Shown: positions 1 through 10,670, counted from the first letter of the stretch. The stretch: DNA of 28,386 bases from an uncultured delta proteobacterium (GCA_963771175.1 CAVYSY010000053.1:1-28386), one strand, 5' to 3'. Notes: generated by a model not told the origin, from the sequence alone. A program made the numbers and translations.

Positions 1-67
1 TCACCGAGCCAGGCGACCCGCTTGCCTCGTCCTCCACCCGCTCCGCCTGAGAGGTAGGCTCCACTTC

Positions 68-460
68 ATGACCGCCACGACCTCGGACCCCGTCACGCTC
101 GTCGCCGCGCTCCGCAACACCCTGGAGGACACGGAGCACGACTTCAGCTCGATGCCGTTCTTCGTCAGACCCATGGTGCGCCGCGGCTTCGCCAGCCGCA
201 CCGGGCAGGGACTGGAGGACTGGCAGCGGCTCGCCTCGGCGCTCCTCTCGGAGGTGCAGTCGGGCGCGGAGCCCGCCCGCATGCGCGAGCGCCACCCCGG
301 GCTGCGCGAGAGGCTGACGCAGCTCGCCGAGAACTACCGGACCGCTCCCGAGCGGGCCTCGCGTGGCATGGGCGCACTCGCGGGCACGCTACAGTCCGTC
401 ACGGAGTCTTCCCGGCGACGCGAGGAGGCCGTCCGCGCCCTCATCGCCTGGCTCGGATAG
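68..460 (+). CDS. Hypothetical helical protein (130 aa)
   Basis: ATG-TAG ORF with strong GC3 codon bias. No recognisable motif. Confidence 0.75.
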   Translation: MTATTSDPVTLVAALRNTLEDTEHDFSSMPFFVRPMVRRGFASRTGQGLEDWQRLASALLSEVQSGAEPARMRERHPGLRERLTQLAENYRTAPERASRGMGALAGTLQSVTESSRRREEAVRALIAWLG

Positions 461-494
461 GGGCGGACGTGCGCGGGACGAACCGCTGGTTATC

Positions 495-746
495 ATGGGT
501 CGCACCGTTCCAAGGACCCCCCTCGTGAGCTCCCTCCTCATCCGTCTGGTCTGTGGTCTGCTCTTCACCGCGATGGCACTCGGTGCGATCGTCCACCCAC
601 CAGCCGACCTCACCCAGGGACTGGGAATGCTCCTCCCCGCCACCCTGCTGCTGAACTACGCCATCCGAGGCCCGCGCCGTTCGGTGCTGCCCAAGAGGCG
701 AGCTCCGGCCCCTGGCTCCACCAGCTCCGGCACGGTCCAACCCTGA
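495..746 (+). CDS. Small two-TM membrane protein (83 aa)
   Basis: ATG at 495 is in frame with ORF 363..746. Two hydrophobic segments (LLIRLVCGLLFTAMALGAIV; LGMLLPATLLLNYAI). Confidence 0.6.
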   Translation: MGRTVPRTPLVSSLLIRLVCGLLFTAMALGAIVHPPADLTQGLGMLLPATLLLNYAIRGPRRSVLPKRRAPAPGSTSSGTVQP

Positions 747-765
747 GGGCTCTACCCCCACCCGC

Positions 766-1635
766 TCACGGCTCGCAGGCGGCCATGGGCATCATCGGAA
801 CTTCCGAGACGGCATCCGCCTTGCGGCAGACCGCGGACTTCGGCGCGCCGACGTCCTCGTCCGGCGCCGAGGGGACGGATGGCGAGCTCTCGCCGGGTCC
901 GAGCAGGCCCATGACCGCGGGGTAGACCTTGGTGGCGAAGTACCGGCCGCCCGCGAGCGTGAAGTGGACCCCATCGTCCATCTTCAGCCGCATGGGCTTC
1001 CGGAAGCCGTTGACCCGAGCCTCGCGCAGGACGCCCCCTTTCGCATCGAGGAAGAAGGGCTTCGTGTCGAGGTGGAGCGCATCCTCGCGCGCCGAGACGG
1101 CCTCGCGAAGGATGGGGCGGATGACTCCCAGCTTGCGCTCGAAGTTCTTCAGCCCCGTGGTCGGCAATGCGACCCAGAGGATCTTCCGGCCGGGCGCCGC
1201 GAGGATGCCCAGGAAGTTCTCGACGCGCTGGCGGTACGCGGACGCCCAGCCGGCCGCGCCCCACTGCACCTGTGCCTTGCCCTTCCCGTCCGTGAGCCCC
1301 TGCCCGTCGTTGCCACCCATGATGACGACGACGACATCGGGCCGGTGGCGCTCGACCTCCTCGCGCCCGACCGCCATCCAGTCGAAGAAGTCGGGACGCG
1401 CGAGCCCGGTCGAGGACTTCGCCCTCCGCACGGCGCGAATCCCCGGCTGCTCGTTCAGCAAGGTCTCCAGGTGCTCACCAAAGCTGGTGACGATCAGGCT
1501 GTCGCCAAGCAGGAGCACGGTCCGAGTCGCCGACGACTCGAGCTGCTTCGAGGGTTTCGTCCCAGTCGCCGCGTGCACCCCTCCCGAGCACACGACGGCG
1601 AGGCACACGAGGACGCGAGCGAGGTGATTCTCCAT
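766..1635 (-). CDS. Secreted SGNH/GDSL hydrolase (DUF459-like)
   Basis: Signal peptide, GDSL block, GGND block, DGVHF catalytic motif and SSTGLARPDFFDW signature. Confidence 0.88.
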   Translation of the reverse strand: MENHLARVLVCLAVVCSGGVHAATGTKPSKQLESSATRTVLLLGDSLIVTSFGEHLETLLNEQPGIRAVRRAKSSTGLARPDFFDWMAVGREEVERHRPDVVVVIMGGNDGQGLTDGKGKAQVQWGAAGWASAYRQRVENFLGILAAPGRKILWVALPTTGLKNFERKLGVIRPILREAVSAREDALHLDTKPFFLDAKGGVLREARVNGFRKPMRLKMDDGVHFTLAGGRYFATKVYPAVMGLLGPGESSPSVPSAPDEDVGAPKSAVCRKADAVSEVPMMPMAACEP

Positions 1636-1684
1636 CTCCCCACCAAACTACCGCGCCCGCGCGCGGTTGAGAACAATCCGCCCC

Positions 1685-2099
1685 TCAAGGCGCGGTGTAG
1701 CTCACGTCGAGCGCATAGGTCCCGGCGACATAGCCGTACACCATCACCTCGGCGCGGCTCTGCCCGGCCGGCACCTGGAGCGAGCAGGTCTCGCTCGCGC
1801 CGTCGAGGTAGGGACGGCAGTCGAACGCGGAGAGCGTGGGCTGTGCTCCGAACCGCACATAGAGATCCGGGTCTCCCGAGCCGCTCATCCGGACCGTCAG
1901 GGTAGTGCCCGAAAGGACGGTGAAGGTTCCGGGGTAGACGCTCTGCCCCTTCGCCACGCTCCCGCTGAGCGTCTCACTCCTGGGCGTGCCGCTGGTGCCA
2001 CCGGAGGCGCCCTGCGTCATCACCTCGTCCACGTAGCCGCCGAACGTCGTGGTCCAGTACCACTTGGTGGAGGAAGAACCGAGCACTCCGCCAAGTCCC
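1685..2099 (-). pseudogene. 3' remnant of a secreted enzyme ending in a PPC (pre-peptidase C-terminal) domain
   Basis: SGSGDPDLYVRFGAQPT...DCRPY...ETC is a PPC signature. No signal peptide or catalytic domain, and the frame is cut at the stop of the upstream GNAT gene. Confidence 0.7.
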
Positions 2100-2882
2100 C
2101 TACGGGTGCGAGCCGTCGACCATGAAGAGCATCCGCGTCACGAACCGGAATCCCACCCGCTCGTAGATGCGACCGGCCTCCTCCGTGATGGTGCTGAGGA
2201 ACAGCACGTCCACGCCTCGATTGAAGGCCTCCTGGGCCACGCGGGACGTCAGCGCGGTGCCGAGCCCCCGCTTGCGGAAGCGCTCGATCGTCGCCACTCC
2301 GCCGACCTCGGTGATGCCCTCGTGGGGCGGGGTGAACATGCCGACCACCGCGGGTTGTCCCTCCACGCGCCCGAGCACCGCACTCCCCTGCTTCAGTTCC
2401 TCCAGCATCTTGGAGATCTCCTCCTCGGGGACCTCGTAGGCCTCTCCCGGGGAGAAGCCCTGCCGCGCGGTGGCGCAGTACGCACGCACCTCCTCACGAG
2501 GGGAGTCGGGCGTGAGGACCGACAACGTGAGCCCCTCCGGCACCGGGACCGGAGTGAAGCTCTCCCGGGTGCAGACCATCAACCGAGCCTCGGCCTCCCG
2601 CCGGAAGCCGTTGGCGAGGAGCTTGTCCTCCAGGGCAGGCGCCAGCTCGGCGACGTACTCGAAGCGCGGCACCCGCTTCCGGTCCTGGAACTCCTCCCGC
2701 AGTCGTTTCAAGGGCTCGCGCACGTCTCCCGCGATGGGCTCATCCGGGATGGCGTAGTTGAAGTAGACCATCGCATCGAAGGGGTGGAAGAACGCCGTGA
2801 AGGGCGAGACCGGAACGGCGTCGTAGCGCTCCGTGGCGGCATGGCGCATATAGGACTGCAGGCGATCGATCAGGGTCGTCAT
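2100..2882 (-). CDS. GNAT family N-acetyltransferase
   Basis: C-terminal VATIERFRKRGLG acetyl-CoA motif A and IYERVGF motif. Confidence 0.88.
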   Translation of the reverse strand: MTTLIDRLQSYMRHAATERYDAVPVSPFTAFFHPFDAMVYFNYAIPDEPIAGDVREPLKRLREEFQDRKRVPRFEYVAELAPALEDKLLANGFRREAEARLMVCTRESFTPVPVPEGLTLSVLTPDSPREEVRAYCATARQGFSPGEAYEVPEEEISKMLEELKQGSAVLGRVEGQPAVVGMFTPPHEGITEVGGVATIERFRKRGLGTALTSRVAQEAFNRGVDVLFLSTITEEAGRIYERVGFRFVTRMLFMVDGSHP

Positions 2883-2907
2883 CGTTTTCGTGTCCCCAGG
2901 GATCGCG

Positions 2908-3699
2908 CTACTTCTTCCCGGGCTTCACCGCCCGGGTGGCGCAGTATCCCGACAGGTACTCGGACAGCCGGTCTCCCTCGACGTACTTGTCCTCGTAGAA
3001 GCCAGCGAGGAGGAACCCGGCCTCGAGCTGCCCGCCGATCTGGTCCTCCAGCGAGTGCGCGACACACAGGGGCTCGCCCGCGTCCGTGTACCGGCGACAC
3101 TCCTCCTCGGAGAGGCTGGTCAGGTCCGAGTACGGCATGCGGTACTTGAGCTGCATCACCCCCTGCTTCTCCAGGTCCGGGTCGAACAGGTAGACGATCG
3201 GATTGGAGAACCCCGAGAGCAATACCCCACCGGGCCGCAGCACCCGGAAGGCCTCGCGCCACACGGGCCGCACCTCGTTCACGAAGCCGTTGGAGCAGGG
3301 GTGGAAGATCAGATCGAAGCTCTCGTCCGCGAAGGCCGAGAGGTCGCGCATGTCGCCCTCCACAAGGCGGATCGACAGGCCCTCGCGCTCGGCCACCTTG
3401 CGATCCTGGCCGAGCTGGGAGGGCGAGTTGTCGAACACAGTGACCCGCGCCCCCGCGGCGGCGAGCACCGGGCCCTGCTGCCCTCCAGCACTCGCGAGTC
3501 CCAACACGTCCTTGCCGGACAGGTCTCCGAACCACTCACGCGGCACAGGTTTGTGTGGGGTAAGCACAACGCTCCACTCACCTCGACGAGCCGAGGCGAT
3601 CACCTCCGGCCCCACTGGCACCGTCCATCGATTGCCCGTCGCCACCTGCCGGTTCCAGGCCTCGCGGTTGTAGTCCCGCAGCTCGGTCTCGCGCTTCAT
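2908..3699 (-). CDS. Class I SAM-dependent methyltransferase
   Basis: [12 protein letters not shown] motif I, FDLI, and [12 protein letters not shown]. Confidence 0.9.
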   Translation of the reverse strand: MKRETELRDYNREAWNRQVATGNRWTVPVGPEVIASARRGEWSVVLTPHKPVPREWFGDLSGKDVLGLASAGGQQGPVLAAAGARVTVFDNSPSQLGQDRKVAEREGLSIRLVEGDMRDLSAFADESFDLIFHPCSNGFVNEVRPVWREAFRVLRPGGVLLSGFSNPIVYLFDPDLEKQGVMQLKYRMPYSDLTSLSEEECRRYTDAGEPLCVAHSLEDQIGGQLEAGFLLAGFYEDKYVEGDRLSEYLSGYCATRAVKPGKK

Positions 3700-3879
3700 G
3701 CTGTTCCCCCTTCCCTTTCAGGCCACGCAGCCTACAGCACAGCGTGCCCCGAACCAGGAGCGACTCCCCGCGTCCTGTTGACTCCTCGAGCCAGGAGTCG
3801 GGCAACCTGACGGAATCCAAAGCGGAACGCGCGAAGAGCGGGTAAGGAAACCCTCCGCGTTCCACTCCCTGGAGGCCTC

Positions 3880-4878
3880 ATGCTCGTCCGTTCCCTGCTC
3901 CCCCTCGTGCTGCTGCTCTGGGCCGCGCCCGCCGCCGCCCAGGCGACGAAACCCCCCGAGGCCCTCGGCATCGCGATGGAGGGCTACCCCTACCCCCACC
4001 CCGTCCGCTTCCTCCCGCTCTCGCTCCAGGGCCAGGACGTCCGCATGGCCTACATGGACGTGGCTCCCACCGGGAAGCCCAACGGTCGCGCCGTGCTCCT
4101 GCTGCACGGAAAGAACTTCTTCGGCGCCTACTGGCGCGACACCCTCCGCGCCTTGAGCCAGGCCGGCTACCGCGTCGTCGTCCCCGACCAGGTGGGCTTC
4201 GGCAAGTCCTCCAAGCCGGCGCTCGACTACAGCTTCCACACGCTCGCCAGCAACACGAAGCAACTGCTCGACACCCTCGGCATCCAGAAGGTCGTCGTGG
4301 TGGGGCACTCCATGGGCGGCATGCTCGCCACCCGCTTCGCCCGCCTCTTCCCCGACACCACCACGCACCTCGTCCTGGAGAACCCCATCGGCCTCGAGGA
4401 CTACCGCTTCTTCGTGCCCTGGCGCTCCACCGAGGACCTCTACCGCGACCAGCTCGGCGCCACCGAGGAGTCCATGCGCAAGTACCAGAAGACGTACTAC
4501 GTGACGTGGCGCCCCGAGTATGACGAGTACGTCCAGGTGCCCTTCCGCCAGACGCTGAGCGCCGAGTACCCACGGCTCGCCTGGGTGTCCGCCGCCACCG
4601 AGCAGATGATCTACCAGCAGCCCGTGGTCCACGAGTTCCCGCTAGTGCGGGCCCCCGTGCTGCTCGTCATCGGCCAGGAGGACCGCACCGTGGTCGGCCG
4701 CGGGCGCGTGTCCCCCGAGGTACTCCCGAAGCACGGTCAATATCCCGAGCTCGGCAAGCGCACCGCGAAGGCCTTCCCCAACGCCACCCTCGTGGAGCTT
4801 CCCAACGTGGGACACATCCCCCACTTCGAGGCTCCCGAGAAGTGGCACCAGGCGCTGCTCGGGTTTCTCGCGAAGTGA
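3880..4878 (+). CDS. Secreted alpha/beta-fold hydrolase
   Basis: Signal peptide, LLHGKNF, PDQVGFGKS, GHSMGG nucleophile elbow and C-terminal GHIPH. GGAGG RBS upstream. Confidence 0.92.
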   Translation: MLVRSLLPLVLLLWAAPAAAQATKPPEALGIAMEGYPYPHPVRFLPLSLQGQDVRMAYMDVAPTGKPNGRAVLLLHGKNFFGAYWRDTLRALSQAGYRVVVPDQVGFGKSSKPALDYSFHTLASNTKQLLDTLGIQKVVVVGHSMGGMLATRFARLFPDTTTHLVLENPIGLEDYRFFVPWRSTEDLYRDQLGATEESMRKYQKTYYVTWRPEYDEYVQVPFRQTLSAEYPRLAWVSAATEQMIYQQPVVHEFPLVRAPVLLVIGQEDRTVVGRGRVSPEVLPKHGQYPELGKRTAKAFPNATLVELPNVGHIPHFEAPEKWHQALLGFLAK

Positions 4879-4953
4879 GCCCGAGCGTCTCGAAGGTCGA
4901 GAAGAACCCGTCCGGGGCCTCGTAGCGCATCCCGCCCCGCGGCTCCGAGGCAG

Positions 4954-5331
4954 TCAGTCCTGGATGCCCAGCTCGGCCCTCAACAGGGGTTGAGCCTCCA
5001 CGAAGGCCTGCTCCAGCTCGGCCAGGAGCTGCCCGGCGCCCGAGGTCCCCTGGGCCCGGGCGAGGTTCTCCAACGCCTTGCAGCGCACGCGCATCCGCAT
5101 CATCCCGAACATCCCGCTGCTCGTCGCCAGACCGTGGGCCTCGTGCGCGAGCGTGTGGGCGTCGCCCGCGGTCAGCAGATCCCGCATCCGTCCGAGCCTC
5201 GGAGGTGTGCGGGAGAGGAAGCCGCGAGCGAGATTCGCCACCATGTCCGGATCGCTCTCGTCCTCGAGGACGCGCAACTTCTCCAACTGCTTCACGTCGA
5301 ACGCGGGGGTGGACGGCTCCATGGACGTCAT
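4954..5331 (-). CDS. Stand-alone Hpt (histidine phosphotransfer) domain protein
   Basis: Helical 125 aa protein with AHGLATSSGMFG matching the Hpt H-x-L-x-[GS]-S-S-x-x-x-G pattern. Confidence 0.8.
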   Translation of the reverse strand: MTSMEPSTPAFDVKQLEKLRVLEDESDPDMVANLARGFLSRTPPRLGRMRDLLTAGDAHTLAHEAHGLATSSGMFGMMRMRVRCKALENLARAQGTSGAGQLLAELEQAFVEAQPLLRAELGIQD

Positions 5332-5433
5332 TCTGCCGTCTTCCAGGCCCCCGGCACCAGATGCTCCAGCACCGCCAGTCCGCCCCCCCGGTTGACGCCC
5401 GGGCTCAGGTCACCGAAGACTGGGCCATCCCCC

Positions 5434-6686
5434 ATGTCCGATTCGATTCCCCCTGTCGCCCCGCGGCGCGCCGCGCTGATTTTCATTTTCATCACCATCC
5501 TGCTCGACATGCTGGCGCTGGGGATGATCATCCCCGTCCTGCCGAAGATGATCGTGGACTTCCTGGGCGGCGACACCGTGCGGGCGGCCGAGCTCCTGGG
5601 CGTGTTCTCCACCGTCTGGGCGCTGATGCAGTTCATCTTCTCACCGCTGCTCGGCGCGCTCTCGGACCGCTTCGGCCGTCGGCCGGTGGTGCTGGTGTCG
5701 AACTTCGGGCTGGGCCTCGACTACATCCTCATGGCGCTGGCGCCGTCGCTGGGCTGGTTGTTCGTGGGCCGGGTCATCGCGGGCATCACCTCGGCGAGCA
5801 TCTCCACGGCCAGCGCCTACATCGCGGACGTGACGCCGCCGAGAAGCGCGCCGCCAGCTTCGGCATGCTCGGCGCCGCCTTCGGAATCGGCTTCATCATG
5901 GGCCCCGCGGTCGGCGGCTTGCTGGGCGAGCTGAACCCGCGCCTGCCGTTCTGGGTGGCGGCGGTGCTGAGTCTCGCCAACGCCCTGTATGGCCTGTTCG
6001 TGCTGCCGGAGTCCCTGCCGCCCGAGCGGCGCACGGCCTTCCGGTGGCAGCGCGCCAATCCTTTGGGCGCGCTGGCCCTGCTGCGCTCGAAGACCGAGGT
6101 GCTCGGGCTCGCGAGCGTCAACTTCCTCTACAACCTCGCCCATATCGCGCTGCCCAGCGTGTTCGTGCTGTACGGGAGCTACCGCTTCGGTTGGACCGAG
6201 CGCACCATCGGGCTCACCATGGCGGGAGTGGGTATGTCCTCCATGGTCGTTCAGGCCGGCCTGGTGCGCCCGGTCGTCAAGCGCCTGGGGGAGCGGCGCG
6301 CGCTGCTCGTGGGTCTCTTCTTCGGAGCGGCGGGCTTCTGCATCTACGGTCTGGCGGAGACGGGCGTCATCTTCTGGCTCGGAGTCCCGGTGATGGCGCT
6401 GTGGGGGCTCACCGGGCCGTCGTCCCAGGGACTGATGTCGAGTCACATCAGCCCGTCGGAGCAGGGCCAGCTCCAGGGCGCGCTCTCGAGCCTCATGGGC
6501 ATCGCGGGGATGATCGGCCCCGGGCTCTTCACCCAGACCTTCGCGAGGGGAATCGACACGCAGCGCGGCTGGCACCTGCCCGGAGCGCCCTTCCTGCTCG
6601 CCGCGCTGTTGCTCGTCTTCGCGCAGCTCCTCGCCTGGCGGGTCACCAGCGAGCGCCGCGAGGTCGCCGTCGTCCCCACCGCGTGA
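5434..6686 (+). CDS. TCR/Tet-family MFS efflux transporter, split by a 1-nt deletion near 5838-5841
   Basis: [12 protein letters not shown] motif A and AYIADVTP lie in one frame, continuing as EKRAASFG...[10 protein letters not shown] in another. About 12 TM segments when joined. Confidence 0.88.
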
Positions 6687-6802
6687 GCAACATTTCGGAA
6701 AGCACGTCATCCCGAGGGTGGCACGCCATCGTGGGCCATCGTAGGAGGTGAGGCGCCCGGAAGCGGTCTCCCGGGCTTTTCACCCACCGAGGTCCTCTGA
6801 CC

Positions 6803-8638
6803 ATGTCTCCACATTCTCCGACGCGCGCTCGTCGCGCGGCCGTATTACCCACCCTGGGTGTCTGTGCGCTGCTCCAGCTCGCCGCATGTGACGAGCCGGA
6901 GCCGACGCCGGTGGACACCTCGCCGCGCACGCTGCGGCTGCTGCAGACGAGCGATCTGCACACCAACATCTTCGCCTGGGACTACTTCACCGGGAAGGCG
7001 GATCCCTCCCGCGGTCTGTCCAAGGTGGCCACGCTCATCAAGCAGGCACGGGCCGAGAACCCGGACTGCAACCTGCTCCTCGACACGGGCGACACCATCC
7101 AGGGGAGCCCGCTGGGCACCTACTACGCCCTGGTGGACAACGCCCCCACGCACCCCATGGCCGTGGCGATGAACGAGCTGCGCTACGACGCCATGGCGAT
7201 GGGCAACCACGAGTTCAACTACGGGCTCGGTGTCCTCAACAAGTTCAAGGGCGAGGCGGGCTTCCCCCTGCTCGGCGCCAACGTGCGCCACGCGTCCGAC
7301 GGCGGCGAGGCCTTCACCCCCTACCTCCTCAAGGACGTGTGCGGGGTGAAGGTGGGCATCCTCGGCCTGGTGACGCCGGGCGTGTCGACGTGGGAGCGCC
7401 CGGAGAACATCCCCGGCCTGCGCTTCGATGACCCGCTGGAGACGGCGCGGGTGTACGTGCCGAAGCTGCGACAGGAGGGCGCGGACGTGGTGGTGGTGGC
7501 CATCCACAGCGGCCCGGACAAGCAGCCCACCGGCAGCGCGAGCAACCCGGACTCCTGGCTGGCCGACTACTCGGATGCCACGAAGTGGGCGGACCGCGGC
7601 AACCTCCCCGGCGAGAACCAGGCGGTGCAGATCGCCCAGCAGGTCGAGGGCATCGACGTGCTGCTCACCGGCCACACCCACCAGCCCATCCCGAAGATGC
7701 TGCTGAAGAACGTCCAGGGCCAGGACGTGCTGCTCATCCAGCCCAACCGCTGGGGCAGCCACCTGGGCCAGGTGGACCTCTCCCTCGTCTACAAGGACGA
7801 CCACTGGACGGTGGATGGCAAGGACTCGCGCCTGCTCGCGGTGAACGCCTCGGTGGCGCAGGACGCGCAGGTGACGCAGCTCATCCAGGGCTATCACGAC
7901 ACCACACTGACCTACGTGAGCGCCCGGCTCGGCACCACCCGCGCGGCCTTCCCCGGTAGCTACGCCGCCCGCTACGTGGACAGCGCGCTCGCCGACCTCA
8001 TCAACGCCGTGCAGGAGCAGACCGCCGAGGAGAATGGCTACCCGGTGGACCTCTCGCTCGCCGCTCTCTTCACCGATGAGGGCATGCTGCCCGCCGGGGA
8101 CGTCACCCTGCGCGATGCCTACAGCATCTACGTCTATGACAACACGCTGTATGTGATGGAGATCAACGGTTCCATCCTGCGCCGCGCGCTGGAGCACAAC
8201 GCCAACTACTTCGCCCTGTGGGATGCCAGCGCCCCGCCCAACGCCTCCACCCCCGAGGCGGCCAAGATGAGCAACGTGCAGAACTACAACTGGGACCTGT
8301 ACTCGCGGATCGAGTACGGGTTCGACCTCACGAAGCCCGCGGGCTCGCGCCTCACCCACCTGAAGTTCAAGGGATTGGACGTGCGCGACGACCAGATCTT
8401 CCACATCGCCATCAACAACTACCGGGCCAGCGGCGGTGGCGGCTACGCCATGTTCAAGGAGGGCAAGGTGCTCTGGACCTCGGCGGATGGCGTGCGGGAC
8501 TACGTCGCCCGCTACATCCAGAGCCACCCCAACCTGGATCCGAACGACGTGAACGTGTGCAACTTCTCGCTCACGCCGGACCTGTATGCGTACTTCTTCA
8601 AGGCCACGCTCGGCCCGGTGAAGTGCTCGGCGCCGTAG
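6803..8638 (+). CDS. Bifunctional metallophosphatase/5'-nucleotidase (CpdB-like) lipoprotein
   Basis: Lipobox LAAC. Motifs TSDLH, DTGDTIQGSP, GNHEFNYG, GHTH, and C-terminal NNYRASGGGGY. Confidence 0.92.
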   Translation: MSPHSPTRARRAAVLPTLGVCALLQLAACDEPEPTPVDTSPRTLRLLQTSDLHTNIFAWDYFTGKADPSRGLSKVATLIKQARAENPDCNLLLDTGDTIQGSPLGTYYALVDNAPTHPMAVAMNELRYDAMAMGNHEFNYGLGVLNKFKGEAGFPLLGANVRHASDGGEAFTPYLLKDVCGVKVGILGLVTPGVSTWERPENIPGLRFDDPLETARVYVPKLRQEGADVVVVAIHSGPDKQPTGSASNPDSWLADYSDATKWADRGNLPGENQAVQIAQQVEGIDVLLTGHTHQPIPKMLLKNVQGQDVLLIQPNRWGSHLGQVDLSLVYKDDHWTVDGKDSRLLAVNASVAQDAQVTQLIQGYHDTTLTYVSARLGTTRAAFPGSYAARYVDSALADLINAVQEQTAEENGYPVDLSLAALFTDEGMLPAGDVTLRDAYSIYVYDNTLYVMEINGSILRRALEHNANYFALWDASAPPNASTPEAAKMSNVQNYNWDLYSRIEYGFDLTKPAGSRLTHLKFKGLDVRDDQIFHIAINNYRASGGGGYAMFKEGKVLWTSADGVRDYVARYIQSHPNLDPNDVNVCNFSLTPDLYAYFFKATLGPVKCSAP

Positions 8639-8885
8639 CGCGTCCTCGGGTCCCTGCCGCCACGGGCGCCATCCTCGGTACGTGACACCGACGGATGGCG
8701 AGCCCTACGGCGGGGCCCTCCCCTGCCCGCCCGCCCATGGTGTGGACCCAGGGGATGGATCGAGGCACCGGGGCGTACGGTGCCCGACTCCTCCTTGCTG
8801 CCCGGGAACAATGGGCGATGGGAGCACCCTCTCCTCATCTTTGAGCGGCCGTGCTGCGTCCATCGCACGGCGGAGGGGGACATCC

Positions 8886-10541
8886 ATGACTCGCCGTTAC
8901 CCACGCTGGGTCGCGATAGCTGGCGCCTGCGTGCTGTTCAATGCCTGCGGTCCGATGGAGGAACCGCCGGAGGACGCGGAGTCCTCGACGGCCACGGCGG
9001 CGCTCGAAGAGGATTTCGAACGCCGCGATCATCCAGACCGATGCACGCCTCCTGTCTTTGTCGCGGACCTCACCCCGGGCGCCCACACAAACGTGCTCGA
9101 GCAGGTCGAGGTGGACGGGGCGCTCTTCCTCGTCAATCTCGACCTCGTCAGGGACCGTTACTCCCTGTGGAAGTTGGAGGACCTGGCGGAAGGCCGGGGG
9201 AAGGCCCCGGAGTTCCGTGCCGTCCTCCTCATGGGAGACCTCCTCGAAGAACCGCGGAGGCTCGTCCGCGTGGGCCGGACGCTCTTCTTCACGTTCGATG
9301 ACGGAATCCACGGCCGCGAGCTGTGGAAGAGCGACGGGACACCCGAAGGCACGGTGCTGGTCGAGGACCTCAACCCGTTCGGCTCCGCCTTCCCCGACTT
9401 CCCCACCCTGGTGGCCGTGGACCGGACGCTCTACTTCGTCGCCGATGATGGCACCCACGGTGCCGAGCTGTGGCGCAGTAACGGCACGAAGGGCGGCACC
9501 CGGCTCGTGAAGGACATCGCCCCCGGGCCCACGAGCTCCTCTCCCGGCCCGTTCGCGGTGGACGACCACCGGCTCCTCTTCGTCGCCGACGATGGCACCC
9601 ATGGCCGCGAGTTGTGGCGCAGTGACGGTACGAAGGGAGGCACCCGGCTCGTGGAGGACATCGCCCCCGGGCCCGCGAGCTCCTCTCCCGAGCGACTGGT
9701 TCGAGTGGGCAGCCGCCTGACCTTCTTCACCGCCGATGACGGTGTGCACGGCCGCGAGTTGTGGCGCAGTGACGGCACGAAGGGAGGCACCGGGCTCGTG
9801 GAGGACATCCGCCCCGGTCCGGACAGTTCGGGCGTGGAGTCGCTGGTCGCGGCGCGGCGGACTCTCTACTTCACCGCCGATGATGGAGTGCATGGCCGCG
9901 AGCCATGGGCCTCCGCGGGATGCGAGGAAGACACCCGGCTGCTGAAAGACATCCGCCCCGGCGCGGAAGGCTCACGGCCCTCGGAGCTGACCCCGCTGGG
10001 CCGGAAGGTCATCTTCACCGCCGATGATGGAGTCCACGGCATCGAGCCCTGGCGGAGCGATGGCACGCGAAAGGGCACGCTGCTGCTCGCGGACACCTAC
10101 CCGGGCCCCGACCCGGGGTCCTCGATCCCGAGCATCCTCACGGCGGCGGAGGGGAAGGTCTTCTTCTATGCCTTCGAGCCCGCCACGGGCTTCGAGCCCT
10201 GGGTGACGGACGGCACGCCCGCCGGCACGCGGCTCGTGAAGGACATCAACCCGGGTCCCGCCAACGCCATCTCGGGAGATCCCGACCTGCTCTACCCGAT
10301 CCGCGGAGGAGTCGCCTTCCGGGCCTTTGACTTTGCCCATGGGAGCGAGCCCTGGTGGAGCGATGGCACCGAGGACGGAACGATGATGGCGGATCTCATG
10401 CCTGGGGCGGAGTCGTCGTTCCCGGCCAACTTCATTCCCGCTGGCCGGTGGGTCTACTTCACGGCCCGCCATCCCCTCTTCGGGAGCGAGCCCTGGGCAC
10501 TATCCCTGTCCTGCTTCCCGAAAGGCTCGGGCTCCCACTGA
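8886..10541 (+). CDS. ELWxxDGT-repeat beta-propeller lipoprotein
   Basis: ATG 8886 after GGAGGGGG RBS. Lipobox-like FNAC and about 9 [EL/EP]WxSDGT repeats. Confidence 0.92.
   Translation: MTRRYPRWVAIAGACVLFNACGPMEEPPEDAESSTATAALEEDFERRDHPDRCTPPVFVADLTPGAHTNVLEQVEVDGALFLVNLDLVRDRYSLWKLEDLAEGRGKAPEFRAVLLMGDLLEEPRRLVRVGRTLFFTFDDGIHGRELWKSDGTPEGTVLVEDLNPFGSAFPDFPTLVAVDRTLYFVADDGTHGAELWRSNGTKGGTRLVKDIAPGPTSSSPGPFAVDDHRLLFVADDGTHGRELWRSDGTKGGTRLVEDIAPGPASSSPERLVRVGSRLTFFTADDGVHGRELWRSDGTKGGTGLVEDIRPGPDSSGVESLVAARRTLYFTADDGVHGREPWASAGCEEDTRLLKDIRPGAEGSRPSELTPLGRKVIFTADDGVHGIEPWRSDGTRKGTLLLADTYPGPDPGSSIPSILTAAEGKVFFYAFEPATGFEPWVTDGTPAGTRLVKDINPGPANAISGDPDLLYPIRGGVAFRAFDFAHGSEPWWSDGTEDGTMMADLMPGAESSFPANFIPAGRWVYFTARHPLFGSEPWALSLSCFPKGSGSH
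9435..9820 (+). repeat. Three near-identical intragenic tandem units (periods 144 and 147 bp)
   Basis: Units start at 9435, 9579 and 9726 and each encodes one ELWRSDGTKGGT blade. Confidence 0.85.
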
Positions 10542-10629
10542 CGCACTGCTCCTCTACCACCAGGACCGAGCTCTCCCAGACGGCGTCAGGTGCAGATCCG
10601 CGCGCTGGACGCCCCGCCCAAGGAAACGT

Positions 10630-10663
10630 CCAGGTCGAGCTCCACCGTCGTCCCTCGACCTGG
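10630..10663. terminator. Hairpin between convergent genes
   Basis: CCAGGTCGAG-14 nt-CTCGACCTGG perfect 10-bp stem, followed shortly by TGTTTT. Confidence 0.5.
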
Positions 10664-10670
10664 CGCTGTT

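Noticed and set aside
5434..6686. Calling the MFS an acquired tetA resistance gene
   Set aside because: It has host-like GC, no adjacent tetR and no mobile context. Family membership does not establish the substrate.
6719..6735. Sigma54 promoter (TGGCACG)
   Set aside because: The -12 TTGC element is absent at the required spacing.
6845..8527. Long antisense/alternate-frame ORFs (e.g. 6845..8527, 16768..18633, 23910..25370)
   Set aside because: These are shadow ORFs from high GC3 bias opposite genes with clear motifs.
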